Assembly (NCBI RefSeq): GCF_009834535.1
Contig: NC_045697.1
Span: 37,760,001 to 37,824,000, forward strand
Length of the DNA stretch: 64,000 nucleotides
Origin: Camelus ferus
Lineage: Eukaryota
Direction: 5' to 3'
The notes beneath the pieces are model-generated. The model saw nothing but the letters and a program-made list of their open reading frames with translations, searched no databases and had not been told where the DNA came from. Position numbers and translations under genes: made by a program. This document shows, piece after piece, positions 25,160-37,205 of the stretch (position 1 is the first letter of the stretch; each line of letters starts with the position of its first letter).

Positions 25160-25725
25160 GCCCCTCTAATATATTCACTGTCCAGGATGGTAGCCACTAG
25201 CCACTTGTGGCTATTTACTTTTAAATTAGTTCACATTTAAAATTCAATTCCCCACACAGCTATATGATTTGATTTCCCTTTTAATTCTTTAAAATAATTC
25301 TCAGAAAAAAAAAAGAAACAAAGTTTATTTTCACTGCCCTTTACTCATAAATATTTAAGCTCTCTTCCTAGATATCCCTAGAGATAAAATAATTAAAAGT
25401 TGATTTTTATCTTGTATGTGTTCTATGATTTTGAAAATGTAAAAATATATGCAGGAGAAAAGAGACTCAAAGAGAATATACAAACAACTTCATATAAGGG
25501 TGTAAGGATAATGAGTGGTACTCTTTTCCATTTTAAATTCTCCTTTCATGTTGTTAAATTGTTTTTTACTATAAAAGATAATTATTAAAATTGAAAAATA
25601 TTTCATTTTCTCAGGGTCACTAGGCACGTTTCAAGTGCTTAACAGCCACACGGGGCTCATGGCCACCATAATGGACATTTAGAACATCTGCATCATTGCA
25701 GAATGCTCTGTTGCACAGTGCCACT
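25160..25725. mobile_element. MER3-like DNA transposon split by a ~350-bp AT-rich insert
   Basis: ctgtccaggatggtagccactagccacttgtggctattt (left); tttcaagtgcttaacagccaca...agaacatctgcatcattgcagaa (right). Confidence 0.7.
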
Positions 25726-26984
25726 CCAGATAATGCTCAACCTCAGATTTCTCAGCCCTCCGGCCCCTCCCTGGCTGGGTGGGGTCTGAGTGAGGTCTGG
25801 AGGGGCCTGGATGTGTGGACAAAGGAGTATGACTTCCCCTCTTCTTAACTTTGATGAGCAGGAGCTCCGTGGCCTGGTGCTGCTCTTCAGTGAGCTCAGT
25901 CTGTGTCAACTTTGGGGTCCTTCAGCAGTCTTCAGGTACCCAAACAAGCATCCTCAACTTCCTGACCTCAGCGTTCTTACAGAGGCCAAGCCTACCATTT
26001 GTTCCACTGACATGGTCCTCCAGTCCACAAGCAGGTCTGAGAGGGGTCAGGAGGAAGCCAGCCAGCCTCCCTCAGTTGACCACCTGCTGTGACCTACTCT
26101 GCAGCCCAGGCCCATGGGGTTCTCTGGACAGCCTACCACTCTAGCCTCAGTGCCTCAGGAAACTGGGAACTCTGTTCCACCAGAAGCCTCCCTCAGATCT
26201 TAAGTCCAAAGGCCACCCATTTTTTCCAGTGTCTGACGCACTGAGGGCCTCTCTACAGAGACGACAATTGGCCCATCTGTGCCCACAAAGCCAGACAAGG
26301 CCCCAGCCCTCAGGCTCCCTGAAACTTCTCTGCCTGCTTTTCACACATAACCTCCCTCAGAAGTTACCTCCCAGAGGGGACAGGTGCCTGCTTCTCACCT
26401 CTCCCCTTCCTCCCCTGCCTGCTTCTCTTCCCATCGCTCCTCAGGGCTGGGAAGGGGTGGGATGGTCCTTCACTACCTGGTGTTACATGATAGAGCAACA
26501 AGCCTAGTAACTGGGCTTTCTCATCCCTCGTCGAGAAAGCAAGGCCTTTTCCTCCGTGTATTTTAGGGGGAAATGAAGGAATTTAGAAAAGCCTTCCTCA
26601 AAACAATAGCTGTCTTCAGGCAGAATTCAACTTTATTTGCAAGTCAGGAGGGACTGTTACTGGCACCTTTGTCTTTGCATTCTATATACATAAGGTTTCC
26701 AACCTCCACACCCTCCCCTCGCGTTTTCCCACCCTACCCACCCAGGCAGATGAATGCCCAGCCTGTCCCACCATGGTCAAGGTCATTTCCTCAGAAAGAT
26801 TAACCCAAAAAAAACACACGAACAAGTTCCAAATCATCATACTAGTTATAATGAGGAGAAAAAATGTTCATTAAAAAATTTTATTACAGTTGTTGGCTTG
26901 GATTAATCAGAAACTGTCTTTAGAGAGGAGGCAATTACCAAGGTCACTTTTTTGGATGTAATTGATGGGGGGGGTTCGAATTAA

Positions 26985-27200
26985 TGTTAGAGAGCTGACA
27001 CTCCAAATCTCTACCACACTTCTTGCTCTGTGACACTGAACAAGTTGCTTTACCTCTCTTGGCCTCAGTTTCCTCATCCATAAAATGGAAATAATAATAA
27101 TGTTATCATGCATTATTGTGAAAATTATATGAGATTGTGTATGCAAAGCACAATGTCTAACAACACAGTAGCTACTCAGGAAATAGCCCATGATAATCCT
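26985..27200 (+). mobile_element. MIR SINE
   Basis: ggcctcagtttcctcatccataaaatggaaataataata. Confidence 0.85.
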
Positions 27201-28275
27201 ACAACTAAAAAAGAATAACAGAAACAACATTAAACAGAGGAAGTCTCGTAACAGAGTAATAGTAATAGCCTAACTCCTGCTTTTCAGTGCAGGATTATGG
27301 TTTAAAATGGTTATAAGTGTAACCATTAAAGGAAGTCTTGGATTATCTTCAGAGATGGGGAACTCAGTACTTCCAAAGGTGACTGACAATTGTCTTTTGA
27401 GTTCTGATGGTTCTAATTCTCTTCCTTACATTATATGTTACTTTCTCTCACTACAACTTTTCTCTCATTTAGTCTTTAAAAAAAGTCATGATAATTCAAA
27501 TGATCCAGCAGTTCGTAATGTGAAGTATTATGAAAGTTTGTAAAGCAAAGCATTAATTCTCCTGCTACACTGCACCAAATTCCATTCCCCAGGGGTACCT
27601 CTTCTTAACAGTGGTCTTTCCATTCTACTTACTTATTTTCTGTTTATACACAAAATATACGCATGCATTTTTACATAAATGGGATCAGACTGTATACATA
27701 CCTTTGCCACCAGCTTTTAAAAAATGTAGTAGCATATCGTGGATGGAGTCCCACATCCTGACACAAGGGCTGGCAGCACTGCGTGGATGGGACACAACTA
27801 CCTGAACACGGTTCTCATTGGTGGGCCTCTCGCTGGCCCTTGTTTGGCCTTCTGGTGCCACTTGGAAGAGTCCTGATGGTTGAAAGCATTTATCTCAGCT
27901 ACCACTATCACATGAGAGCTTTCTCTAAGCGAAGCATCCCACATCCCTAATGGTGTTCCTCATATAACGTAGTTCTAGAAACCTCCAATTATGCTGGAGC
28001 TTCTCTGGGTCCCAGAACCTGACAGCATGTCCAGGATGGCTGCTTTGGCCAGCGCAGAGTGCAGGGGACTGTGTCTAACCTCCAGCCAGAGAGCTTGCCA
28101 GGCAGCCCGTTCCCTTGTCATTCATAGTTCTGTGACTTTCTCTTCCACATCCGAACACTTTGGAGAGCGCAAAGTACACTCACTGGATGGGATATGGAGA
28201 CTATCCAGGACTATCCAAGGTGGAATAGAGAATTCTTCATGTGAAATTGAATGTTAAGTCAGAATGTTAAGGTTT

Positions 28276-28452
28276 GGGGGTCAGGGTATAGCTCAGGGGT
28301 AGAGTGCATACTTAGCATGCACAAGGTCCTGGGTTCACTCCCCAGCACCTTTCTAAAAATAAACCTAATTACTTTCCCCTACCACCCCAACAAAATAAAA
28401 CAATTAAATAATACAATAATAAATAAATAAAATATTTTTAAAAAATAAATAA
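28276..28452 (+). mobile_element. tRNA-derived SINE, vic-1-like (camelid)
   Basis: Pol III A-box tagctcaggggtagag, B-box gggttcactccc, A-rich tail; 13-bp TSD aatgttaaggttt at 28263-28275 and 28453-28465. Confidence 0.85.
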
Positions 28453-28679
28453 AATGTTAAGGTTTTTCTTCTTACACCAACTGCTTTTAAACCAAGCTCC
28501 AAAGCTACAATTATTCATCAGAGATTGGCCTCCGTTGGGGGTAGATCTGATTTTTGAAAAGAGCAAATCTTTATCAGATAGAGCAACTACTCTAACTTCT
28601 TTTTACAGGTGAAAAATTAGGCCCAGAGAGGTTAAGAAACTTATGTAAAGTCATTCAATTAATTAGTGACATCTTTTTT

Positions 28680-29395
28680 TTTCTTTTTAATCTGGCCTAT
28701 ACATACATTTTGTATAGCCAAAACATTATTTTATTTTATTTTATTTTATTTTATTTTATTTTATTTTTAACATTTTTTATTGAGTTATAGTCATTTTACA
28801 ATGTTGTGTTAAATTCAAGTGTAGAGCACAATTTTTCAGTTATACATGAACATACATATACTCATTGTCACATTTTTTTCAATGTGAGCTACCACAAGAT
28901 CTTGTATATATTTCCCTGTGCTATACAGTATAATCTTGTTTATCTATTCTACATTTTGAAATCCCAGTCTGTCCCTTCCTACCCCCAATCCCCTTGGCAA
29001 CCACAAGTTTGTATTCTATGTCTATGAGTCTGTTTCTGTTTTGTACTTATGTTCTTTTTTTTTTAGATTCCACATATGAGCGATCTCATATGGTATTTTT
29101 CTTTCTCTTTCTGGCTTATTTCACTTAGAGTGACATTCTCCAGGAACATCCATGTTGCTGCAAATGGCGTTATGTTGTCAGTTTTTATGGCTGAATAGTA
29201 TTCCATTGTATAAATATGCCACTTCTTCTTTATCCAGTCATCTGTTGATGGACATTTAGGCTGTTTCCATGTCTTGGCTATTGTAAATAGTACTGCTATG
29301 AACATTGGGGTGCAGGTGTCTTTTTGGAGTAGGGTTCCTTTTGGATATATGCCCAGAAGCGGGATTACTGGGTCATATGGTAAGTCTATCCGTAG
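28680..29395 (-). mobile_element. Young L1: intact ORF2 C-terminus, 3' UTR, (AAAAT)n tail and extra 3' segment
   Basis: ORF 29063-29461(-) contains L1 ORF2p C-terminal sequence [14 protein letters not shown]...[10 protein letters not shown]...MEYYSAIK; 16-bp TSD tagtgacatctttttt at 28664-28679 and 29396-29411. Confidence 0.92.
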
Positions 29396-29489
29396 TAGTG
29401 ACATCTTTTTTAAGGAAAAAAAAATGTACTGGGGAAATAGGACCAAAATTCTAACCAGCACCTGTTATGTGCCAGTCACCAGACTAGTA

Positions 29490-30652
29490 TTTTTCTTCCA
29501 GTTTTATTGAGATATGATTGACATAGAGCACTGTGCAAATTTAGGTATACAGCATAATAATCTGACTTACGTGCATCATGAAATGATCACCACAATAGAT
29601 TTAGTGAACATCCATCATCTCATATAGATATAACGTTAAAGAAATAGAAAATATATACATTTTTTCCTTCTGATGAGAACTCAGGATTTTCTCTCTTTAC
29701 TTTCATATATAAAGTACAGCAGTGTTAATTACTTTCATCATGTTGTACCTTATGTCCCTAGTATTTATTTATCTTATAACTGGAAGTTGGTACCTTTTGA
29801 CTGCCTTCCTAGACTCCCCCCCCTCACCTCTCCCACCTCTGTAGCCACAAATCTGATCTCTTTCTATGGCTTTGTCTGCTTGTTTTTGAAGTATAATTGA
29901 CCTACAACAATGTTAGTTCCTGGTACACAATACAGTCATTTGATATTTCTATACATTTCAAAATTATCACCATGATAAATCTAGTTGTCACCTGTCAATC
30001 ATAAAAAGATATTACACAATTATTGACTATAGACTATATTCCCCCACACTGTACATTTCATACCAGTGACTCACTTATTTTGTAACTGAAAGTTTGTACC
30101 TCTTAATCTCCCTCACCAATTTCTCTCCTTCCCTTATCCTCCTCCCCTCTGGTAACATCTGTTTCCTCCTGTATCTCTGACTCTGTCTCTGTTCAGTTAT
30201 ATTTGTTCATTTGTGTTGCTTTTTAGATTCCATATATAGGTGAAATCATACAGTATTTGTCTTTCTCTGTCTGACTTATTTAACTTAGCATAATACTCTC
30301 TAGGTCCATCCACATTGTGGCAAGTGGCAAGATTTCATTCTTGTTTATGGCTGAATAATACTCAATTGTGTATGCATACTACATCTTCTTTATCCATTCA
30401 GCTATTGATGGACACTTAGGTCACTTCCACTTCTTGGCTATTATAAATAATGCTGCAATGAACACTGGGGTTCATGTATCTTTTTGAATTAGTGTTTTCA
30501 TTTTCTTCATATAAATACCCAGAAGTGGAATTGCTAGATCCTATGGTAGTGCTATTTTTAATTTTTTGAGGAATCTCCACACTATTTTCCATAGTGACTG
30601 CACTAATTTACATTCCCCCCAACAGTGCAAGAGGGTGCCCTTTTCTCCACCC
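29490..30652 (-). mobile_element. L1 ORF2 end and 3' UTR (laurasiatherian type)
   Basis: ttttagattccatatataggtgaaatcatacagtatttgtctttctctgtctgacttatt; aatttacattcccccaacagtgcaagaggg. Confidence 0.85.
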
Positions 30653-31778
30653 ATGCTAGGATTTTTTAAACATTTTTTTTAGTTAATATTAATTGAGCAT
30701 TTACTATATGTCAGCCACAGTGTTATAAGCTTGACAGGCAATCTCTGTCCTCAAATAGTTCACCAGCCTATTGACTCATGGAACCTACCAACAAACCGGT
30801 AGGGTCAATATTCTCATGCCATTTAAGGCTCTATAAGGATACACAGGAGGAAGACGCAGAAGAAGAAACGGAGGCTCAGAAGAGTGAACATGTTTTCCCA
30901 GAGCCACATAACAAAAAAGTGGGAGAGCAGGATTCTGATCCCTGCCTTACACTCGGGACTCACACGGCAACCACTCTTCCCCAGCGCAGCGTGGCCCTGG
31001 GAAGCCTTTCTTCTTACAGTTGCCTCGGAGGTGATTTAAACTACAAGGGCCTGTTCCATGCAGGGATCTTGAGCTGAGTCACATCAGAGCAAACAGGCCG
31101 ACTGCCTCCTCGGGTTTCCTTTCCTGGGTGTTTTCTTATCTGCCTCCCACCAATGGCTTAGCCTGTTTGGGAGAGTGGGGTCAGGAAGTGGCATCCAGTC
31201 TCTGTTTTTATTCTCTGTGTGGAAAATTTCTAATTATAGGTCGCACCGAGAGTCTCCATTCTCCCCCGTGGCCCTGCACTCTGTTTATGTAACTTAATAA
31301 GCAAAGACCCAGAGCTCTTTTTTTTTTTTAAAGACTTAAACCATGAAGCTTTTAATGAGGAATCAAACTCATTCCCTTATCTTTCTGATTAGTGAACAGC
31401 CGTCATCTGTTATCTGCTTAGTCTGTAGCTGAAATTACGATCTCCTCTCTGGTCAGGATTTTATAGTCTGATTACGCCTTAAGCTTCCTGTGTAAGCCAT
31501 CAGGGGAAGCAGGAACCTTAACTGTCCCCAACACCACCACCAAAAAATAGATTCAAGTACAGCCCTTTAAAATGCCACCCTTCACAGAATAAAGAGATGC
31601 CATATCACAGTATCAAGTAAACCAGAGTTTGAGTTGCAGATGGAGAGATACAGGAGGGCATCTGATGCAACCAGAGATGCCCATTTGGAGCATAAAGGAC
31701 TTTGAATGAGACTTTAGATGATTGTTATGCTTTGGAGAACACAAGCTAAAGGCCAATACCTAAACAGCTTTATTTTAA

Positions 31779-32042
31779 CTTTTTATTGAAGTATAGTCAG
31801 TTTATAATGTGTCAATTTCTGGCGTACAGCATGTTTCAGTCATACATATACATACATATATTCATATTCTGTTTCATTATAGGTTACTACATGATATTGA
31901 ATATAGTTCCCTGTGCTAGCCAGTATAAACTTGTTGTTTATCTATTTTATATATAGTAGTTTATCTGCAAATCTCAAACTCCCAATTTATCCCTTGCCAC
32001 CCCCTTTCTCCCCTGGTAACCATAAGTTTGTTTTCTATGTCT
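31779..32042 (-). mobile_element. Lineage-specific L1 3' end with TSD
   Basis: ttttattgaagtatagtcag...ggtaaccataagtttg; repeat agctttattttaa at 31766-31778 and 32047-32059. Confidence 0.85.
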
Positions 32043-33769
32043 AATTAGCTTTATTTTAAGTACATAGCTATTTCTTCCCTAATATACCTAGAAAGACATT
32101 CTAAAAGTACATCTTCTCAGTCTAGGATCTACTGGAAATCTATTCAGTAACAGGAACTTTTAGGCAAAAGTTGATCAGCAGCAACAAACCAGTCCTACAG
32201 AACAAAATGAAAAAAGAAGATCCCACAAAAACACATTTTTAAGCCAAATATTTTTAAAGTCAAAAAACAACTGTGTAGGAAAGATTCTGTTCTCTCCCTG
32301 CCAGCGGTGTGTAAACAGAAACTCCTTTTGCAGAAATGCTCAACAATAGAGGCTAAGAAGGAAATAAAAAAGTGGGATTTGGGGAGAAGACTCTGACCTT
32401 GAAAAGCTACACTAATATTAACTATTATAAAATTAACTTTTTAATTATCCTGTAGAGGCTGCAGAACACAGTGACATGAAGGGAAACGAATTTATGAAAA
32501 CGACTGCCAAGTAGGATCAAGGAAGGTGCCTGCTATTCAGGCAGCAAAGAGCACCGAAGTAGGCATGCAGGGCCGGGAGAGAAAAGAGTAAGTGACCCCA
32601 GGAAAGTCATTGAACCGGGCTGAAGCAGCCCCAGGAGCCGTCTTCCCACCACAACGCTTCTTACCTTCCTCCTCGAAGAGGGGAAGACGTGATGAGGTGA
32701 CAAGGTACTGTGCGGTATGTTCCCAGCAGAGAGGCTGGCACAGAATCAGCGTCACCACCATCATCGCTGTTGCTGTTACTTTGGGAATTCCCAAGCAATG
32801 TCCATTGAGGAGATATCTGAAGATAAACAGACATTTTCCAGCCTTTAGGTTTCTTGGCCAATTTTGTTTTAATCCATGTTCCATTTTGATAAATGAAAAA
32901 AATACATTATCTCACTGTCTCAACTAGAGTTTAGTATGCTCCCCTGTACGGGAACAGTCCCAAGAATCCCTAAAGGGTTTATCTATCTTCTAGGCAGGAA
33001 AATTTTGTTGATTATATAATGAAAAGAACGCTTACTTTCTATTGTTCAGTATCGTACAGACTATTTCATGCATACAGTATGATATTGCTTGATATATTAC
33101 CTAACACATTATCATACTGAATATGTTTCCCCAAGCATACACAGCTATTTTCTCTTCTCCCCCACACCCCTCACCAAGCCCTTCATAGACATCTCTGCTT
33201 TAGGACTTAGCCTAGAAGAATTATTCCAACTCTAATACATATTGCAGAGTGGTTTTCTGAAAGAAGAGGGACTTTGGGAGCTGGATAAATTCCTGTGAAC
33301 TGAAGGCAGAAAATGTTCAGAAACATAAGGCTAATGTGGAGAAAAGGTGGAGGAGGAAGAGGATTAAATGGATTATACAGACATGTAAAAAATAAACAGG
33401 ATGCTCTTTAGCCTTTCAACAAGGTAAAACTGGTCACCTGAGCCACCAAAGCCATAATAATGGGGGAATCCAAGTCTACGTCAGCGTAATTTCCAGGTCC
33501 ACCACCAGCCCACACAGTCCCTTTAGGCAAATTACCTTCCTCAAAGCACTTTACTTTCATATTCTGAAAAATCACTGTAATATACTTTTTTTTTTAAGAA
33601 CAAGGAACTTAACTCCCATCTACTTTAAAAGTGTCATGTAAATTTGCAGAAATCGACACTGTCTATGATGCAATGGAAGGTCCTCTGTACATGGAAGGTC
33701 TACAACTGGAGCTCAGTGACACACAGCTCCCCTGGGAATCGCCTGTTTAATGCCCATCACCCAAACCAT

Positions 33770-33867
33770 GAGGAGCTGTGTCTGTTTTATGCATGACTTC
33801 ATCTAGCTAAGTTCTGCTACATAGTAGGTTCTTAATATATGTCCACCGAATGACTGAATGAATAAAT
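33770..33867 (+). mobile_element. L2 3' terminus
   Basis: ctacatagtaggttcttaatatatg...gaatgactgaatgaataaatgaa. Confidence 0.65.
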
Positions 33868-33882
33868 GAAAGGTCCTCCTTT

Positions 33883-34040
33883 TTTTTCTTTTAAAATTTA
33901 TTTATTTATTCATTCAACAAATATTTACATGTGCCGACCATGCACCAGGAACTGTTCTAGGCAATGGAGACGCTGTACTAAGCAGAATAGACAAAATCCC
34001 TACCCTTGTGGAGTTTATATTCTGATAGAGAGAAACAGAA
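33883..34040 (-). mobile_element. L2 3' fragment flanked by a perfect 15-bp direct repeat and a T-tract
   Basis: ttcattcaacaaatattt...ccaggaactgttctaggcaatggaga...ccctacccttgtggagtttatattct; repeat gaaaggtcctccttt at 33868-33882 and 34041-34055. Confidence 0.8.
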
Positions 34041-34089
34041 GAAAGGTCCTCCTTTAACACGAGAATCTACTGAAAAAGTGAAAACTAAG

Positions 34090-34978
34090 AGGAAAGTATA
34101 CTGGTGCAGACACTGTGGAAAACAGTATGGAGGTTTCTCAAAGAACTAAAAACAGAACTACCAAATGTTATGATAACTCACAGAGAAAAAAATGTGCCAA
34201 TGAGTGTGTATATGTCGATGAATGACTGAAAAATTGTGCCAAACACTGGAATTTGACACAACATTGTAAAATGATTATAAATCAATAAAAAATGTTAAAA
34301 ATAAAAAAAATTAAAAAAATAAAATAAAATAAAAACAGAACTACCGTATGAATCAGAAATCCCACTCCTGGGTATATATCCAAAAAAAACAAAAACACAA
34401 ATTTGAAAAGATACATGCACCCCAAAGTTCATAGCAGCACTATTTACAATAGCCAAGACATGGAAGCAACCTAAGTGTCCACTGACAGATGACTGGATAA
34501 AGAAGATGTTGTGTGTGTGTATATATATATATATAATAGAATATTACTTTGCCATTAAAAATGAAGTTTTTCCATTGGCAACAATACGGATGGACTTGGA
34601 GGGCATTATGCTAAGTGAAATAAGTTAGAGAAAGACAAATACTACATGATATCACTTACATGTGAAGTCTAAAAGAAAAATGAACTAGTGAATATACTTA
34701 AAAAGAAACAGGCTCACAGATGTAGAGAACAAACTGGTGGTAACCAGTAGGGAGAGGGAAGTGAGGAGGGCAAGACAGGGATAGGGGATTAAGAGGTACA
34801 AATTATTATGTATAAAATAAATAAGTTACAAGGATGTATCATACAACACAAGGAATACAGCCAATATTTTATAACTATAAGTTGAGTATAACCATTAAAA
34901 ATTATAAATTATTACATTGCACACCTGTAATTTATATAATATTGTACATCAACTATGCCTCAATAAAAAAAAATTTAT
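34090..34978 (+). mobile_element. L1 ORF2 end and 3' UTR with 14-bp TSD
   Basis: actgtggaaaacagtatggagg...atagccaagacatggaagcaacctaagtgtcc...caataaaaaaaaa; TSD aagtgaaaactaag at 34076-34089 and 34979-34992. Confidence 0.9.
34163..34330 (+). mobile_element. Young L1 3' end nested in the older L1
   Basis: 15-bp TSD aaaaacagaactacc at 34148-34162 and 34331-34345; A-rich tail. Confidence 0.9.
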
Positions 34979-35599
34979 AAGTGAAAACTAAGCATGGCTA
35001 ATGTTTACGGAGCACCTTCCATGCATCAGGCATATGCTAAGCACAGATGTGCACTGGCAGGAAAACTCTGTAAGGTAGGTACCGTTTCTCTCCACACCCC
35101 CAGAGGCTTAAAGAGGTTAAGCACCTTACTGATGTCATCCTGTTCATGAGTCACAAATCACGTGACGGCCATCATCACATTCCTCACCACTACGCTGGCA
35201 AATCCGTGTGGAGTCTGCATTGCTCCAAGAGGCTGCTACACCTATTGGAAACACAGAGTTCCTCTGTGTGGCCAGTCCAAGGAAGAGAAGGCACCAGAGG
35301 ATCCAAGGTCTGACTTCCTGTTCTGTCTGCAGAGACAAAGTTGTACTCTTTATGCAACTCAGGACAGGAATGAGGTCACACAATGTTTCCAGTCCTGGCT
35401 GGCATGCCCAAGACTCCCCTTTGAAATCAGTTAGCAGCATTTCATTCAGCTGCAGAACAGCAGGCCCTCTGTCACCTCTGGGTGCACCATCTAGGCCCAC
35501 AGCACATTCTGAAATGTCCCGGCCACTAGATGGCACTGAAGCTCAAATGTCACAAAACTATTTGGAATCCTTCGCCAGCCATATTTTAATTAAGGTAAT

Positions 35600-35830
35600 A
35601 ACAACAAATCACCGTATTAAGCACTTACTATGTCTCTCAAGCATGATCTCATCTAACCCTCTCAGCAACTCCATGGGGTCGATCCCTTACTAAGTCCATG
35701 TTACAGATGAAGAAACTGAGCTTTAGAGAGACAAGTATCTGGACCAAGGCCGCAGAGCGAGTAAGAGACAGAGCAGGGATTTTAATCTAAGCAATCCGAC
35801 TCTCCAGAGCCCACTGTTCCTAGCCGCCCC
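35600..35830 (-). mobile_element. MIR SINE
   Basis: tattaagcacttactatgt...atctcatctaaccctctcagcaac...ttacagatgaagaaactgag. Confidence 0.8.
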
Positions 35831-36399
35831 ACTGTTCTGTTTCCTCCCATGCATCATCTTCCTGACACTCAGCTGCTGAGCACAGGTTCAATATGACCGC
35901 AGGTTATTTCTGAAACTCCTCTTGGAAAATCCTCTCAAGAGGGAGGAAGAAAAACCCCATTCAGGCCACATACGCACGTCAGGCACAAGCTAAGATTCAG
36001 ATAGACTGGAGCTGTTTACTCAAGGGCACAGCCTCAAAAGAGCATCATCCCGTGGTAAAAAAAAAAAAAAAAAAGAGTTCCGGCCTGTAGTACAGTGAAG
36101 CCAAGTCGGCTGGATGCGGCTGCAGGGTCTCATGTGTTAGAGGAGCCCCAGCAGGTGGCCTGAAGGTGGGCTCTGGCTCCCCCTTACCCATCCCAGGATC
36201 TAGAACAGGTCCTTAGATTCTCCAGCTTCTGGTACTAAAAGGAGTAACTAATGCATGCCCTGTCGTCTTTGCTGGGTGAAAATAAAATGCAGGGACATCG
36301 TTGATGTTTTTTAGTGGTAAGTAAAGTACAGTATCATTTTAAGCCTTCTCTCCTGTCTCCCCTAAGCAACCTCCTTTTGAATGCAGTCTTTTCTTTTCA

Positions 36400-37205
36400 C
36401 AACCCAAGTCTGTTTCCAGAAAACTGTTCTTAAAGACCAGGTCTTAACAGATCTGCTCCTCCCACTCCCAGCCACGGCCTCTCCTTCTGCATCTCTCCCA
36501 CCGTAGTCGCCTCCTTTGCCTTATGCTCCAGACAGACTAGATTCCCTGCGATGCTCAAACATGCTCCTTATTTCCCTGCCTCTGTATCTCTGTTCATCTA
36601 CTCCCTCCACCTGTCTGTGGTTTGTGCCGCCCAACACCTAAGCCTTTGATTAGTGCTTAGGATCTTCCTTGAAGGAATGACTCCCTGGCACTGCACTGGC
36701 CAAGAGGTGGACACATGATCCAAGTCATAACTACCAGGCCCTCTTGCCTTAAAACATGTACCCTGAGAGGAGTGATCCAACCCAATTGTGTTGGAGTTGA
36801 CCCATCCTACATACCACACTCTGAAAAAAAATCTGCCCCCAGTCTCCTTACATCAATCCACAATGCCTGTTCCCTTAGAGGTTCAGCTTTTATTTTAGTT
36901 CAGGAGATACTCCCACGATCTCCAATAGATTCCCCTCTTTTCCTCCCACCCTTCCCTTCTCAATTAGCGAGAGTCCATCTCTGCTGCTTGCAGCCACTAA
37001 ACAATCCTTCAAGATTCAGTTCAAACGGCAACTCCTTCATGAAGCCTCATTTCAAGCACATTGTACAGCAGTCATCTGTGTACATTTTTATATCCCCTCT
37101 AGATGATTTACTCTTTAAAGTCAAGGACTGGGGCTTGTTTATCTTTGTATCCCCAACAGCCTCTAAGCATAGTGCCCAGCACATGGTCATTTCTTGATAA
37201 ACTGT
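36400..37205 (+). mobile_element. Fragmented L2
   Basis: ccttatgctccag; atccttcaagattcagttcaaa; atctttgtatccccaacagcctctaagcatagtgcccagcacatggt. Confidence 0.55.

Noticed and set aside
28276..28350. Possible tRNA genes here and at 56739 and 57737
   Set aside because: tRNA-like A/B boxes are followed by a SINE body, A-tail and TSD, so they are SINEs.
29063..29461. 132-aa minus-strand ORF as a host gene
   Set aside because: It is the L1 ORF2p C-terminus of a 5'-truncated element, and the start lies in unrelated flank.
35144..35693. Overlapping ORFs of 130, 90 and 161 aa
   Set aside because: No recognisable domain; the longest runs into a MIR; consistent with chance.
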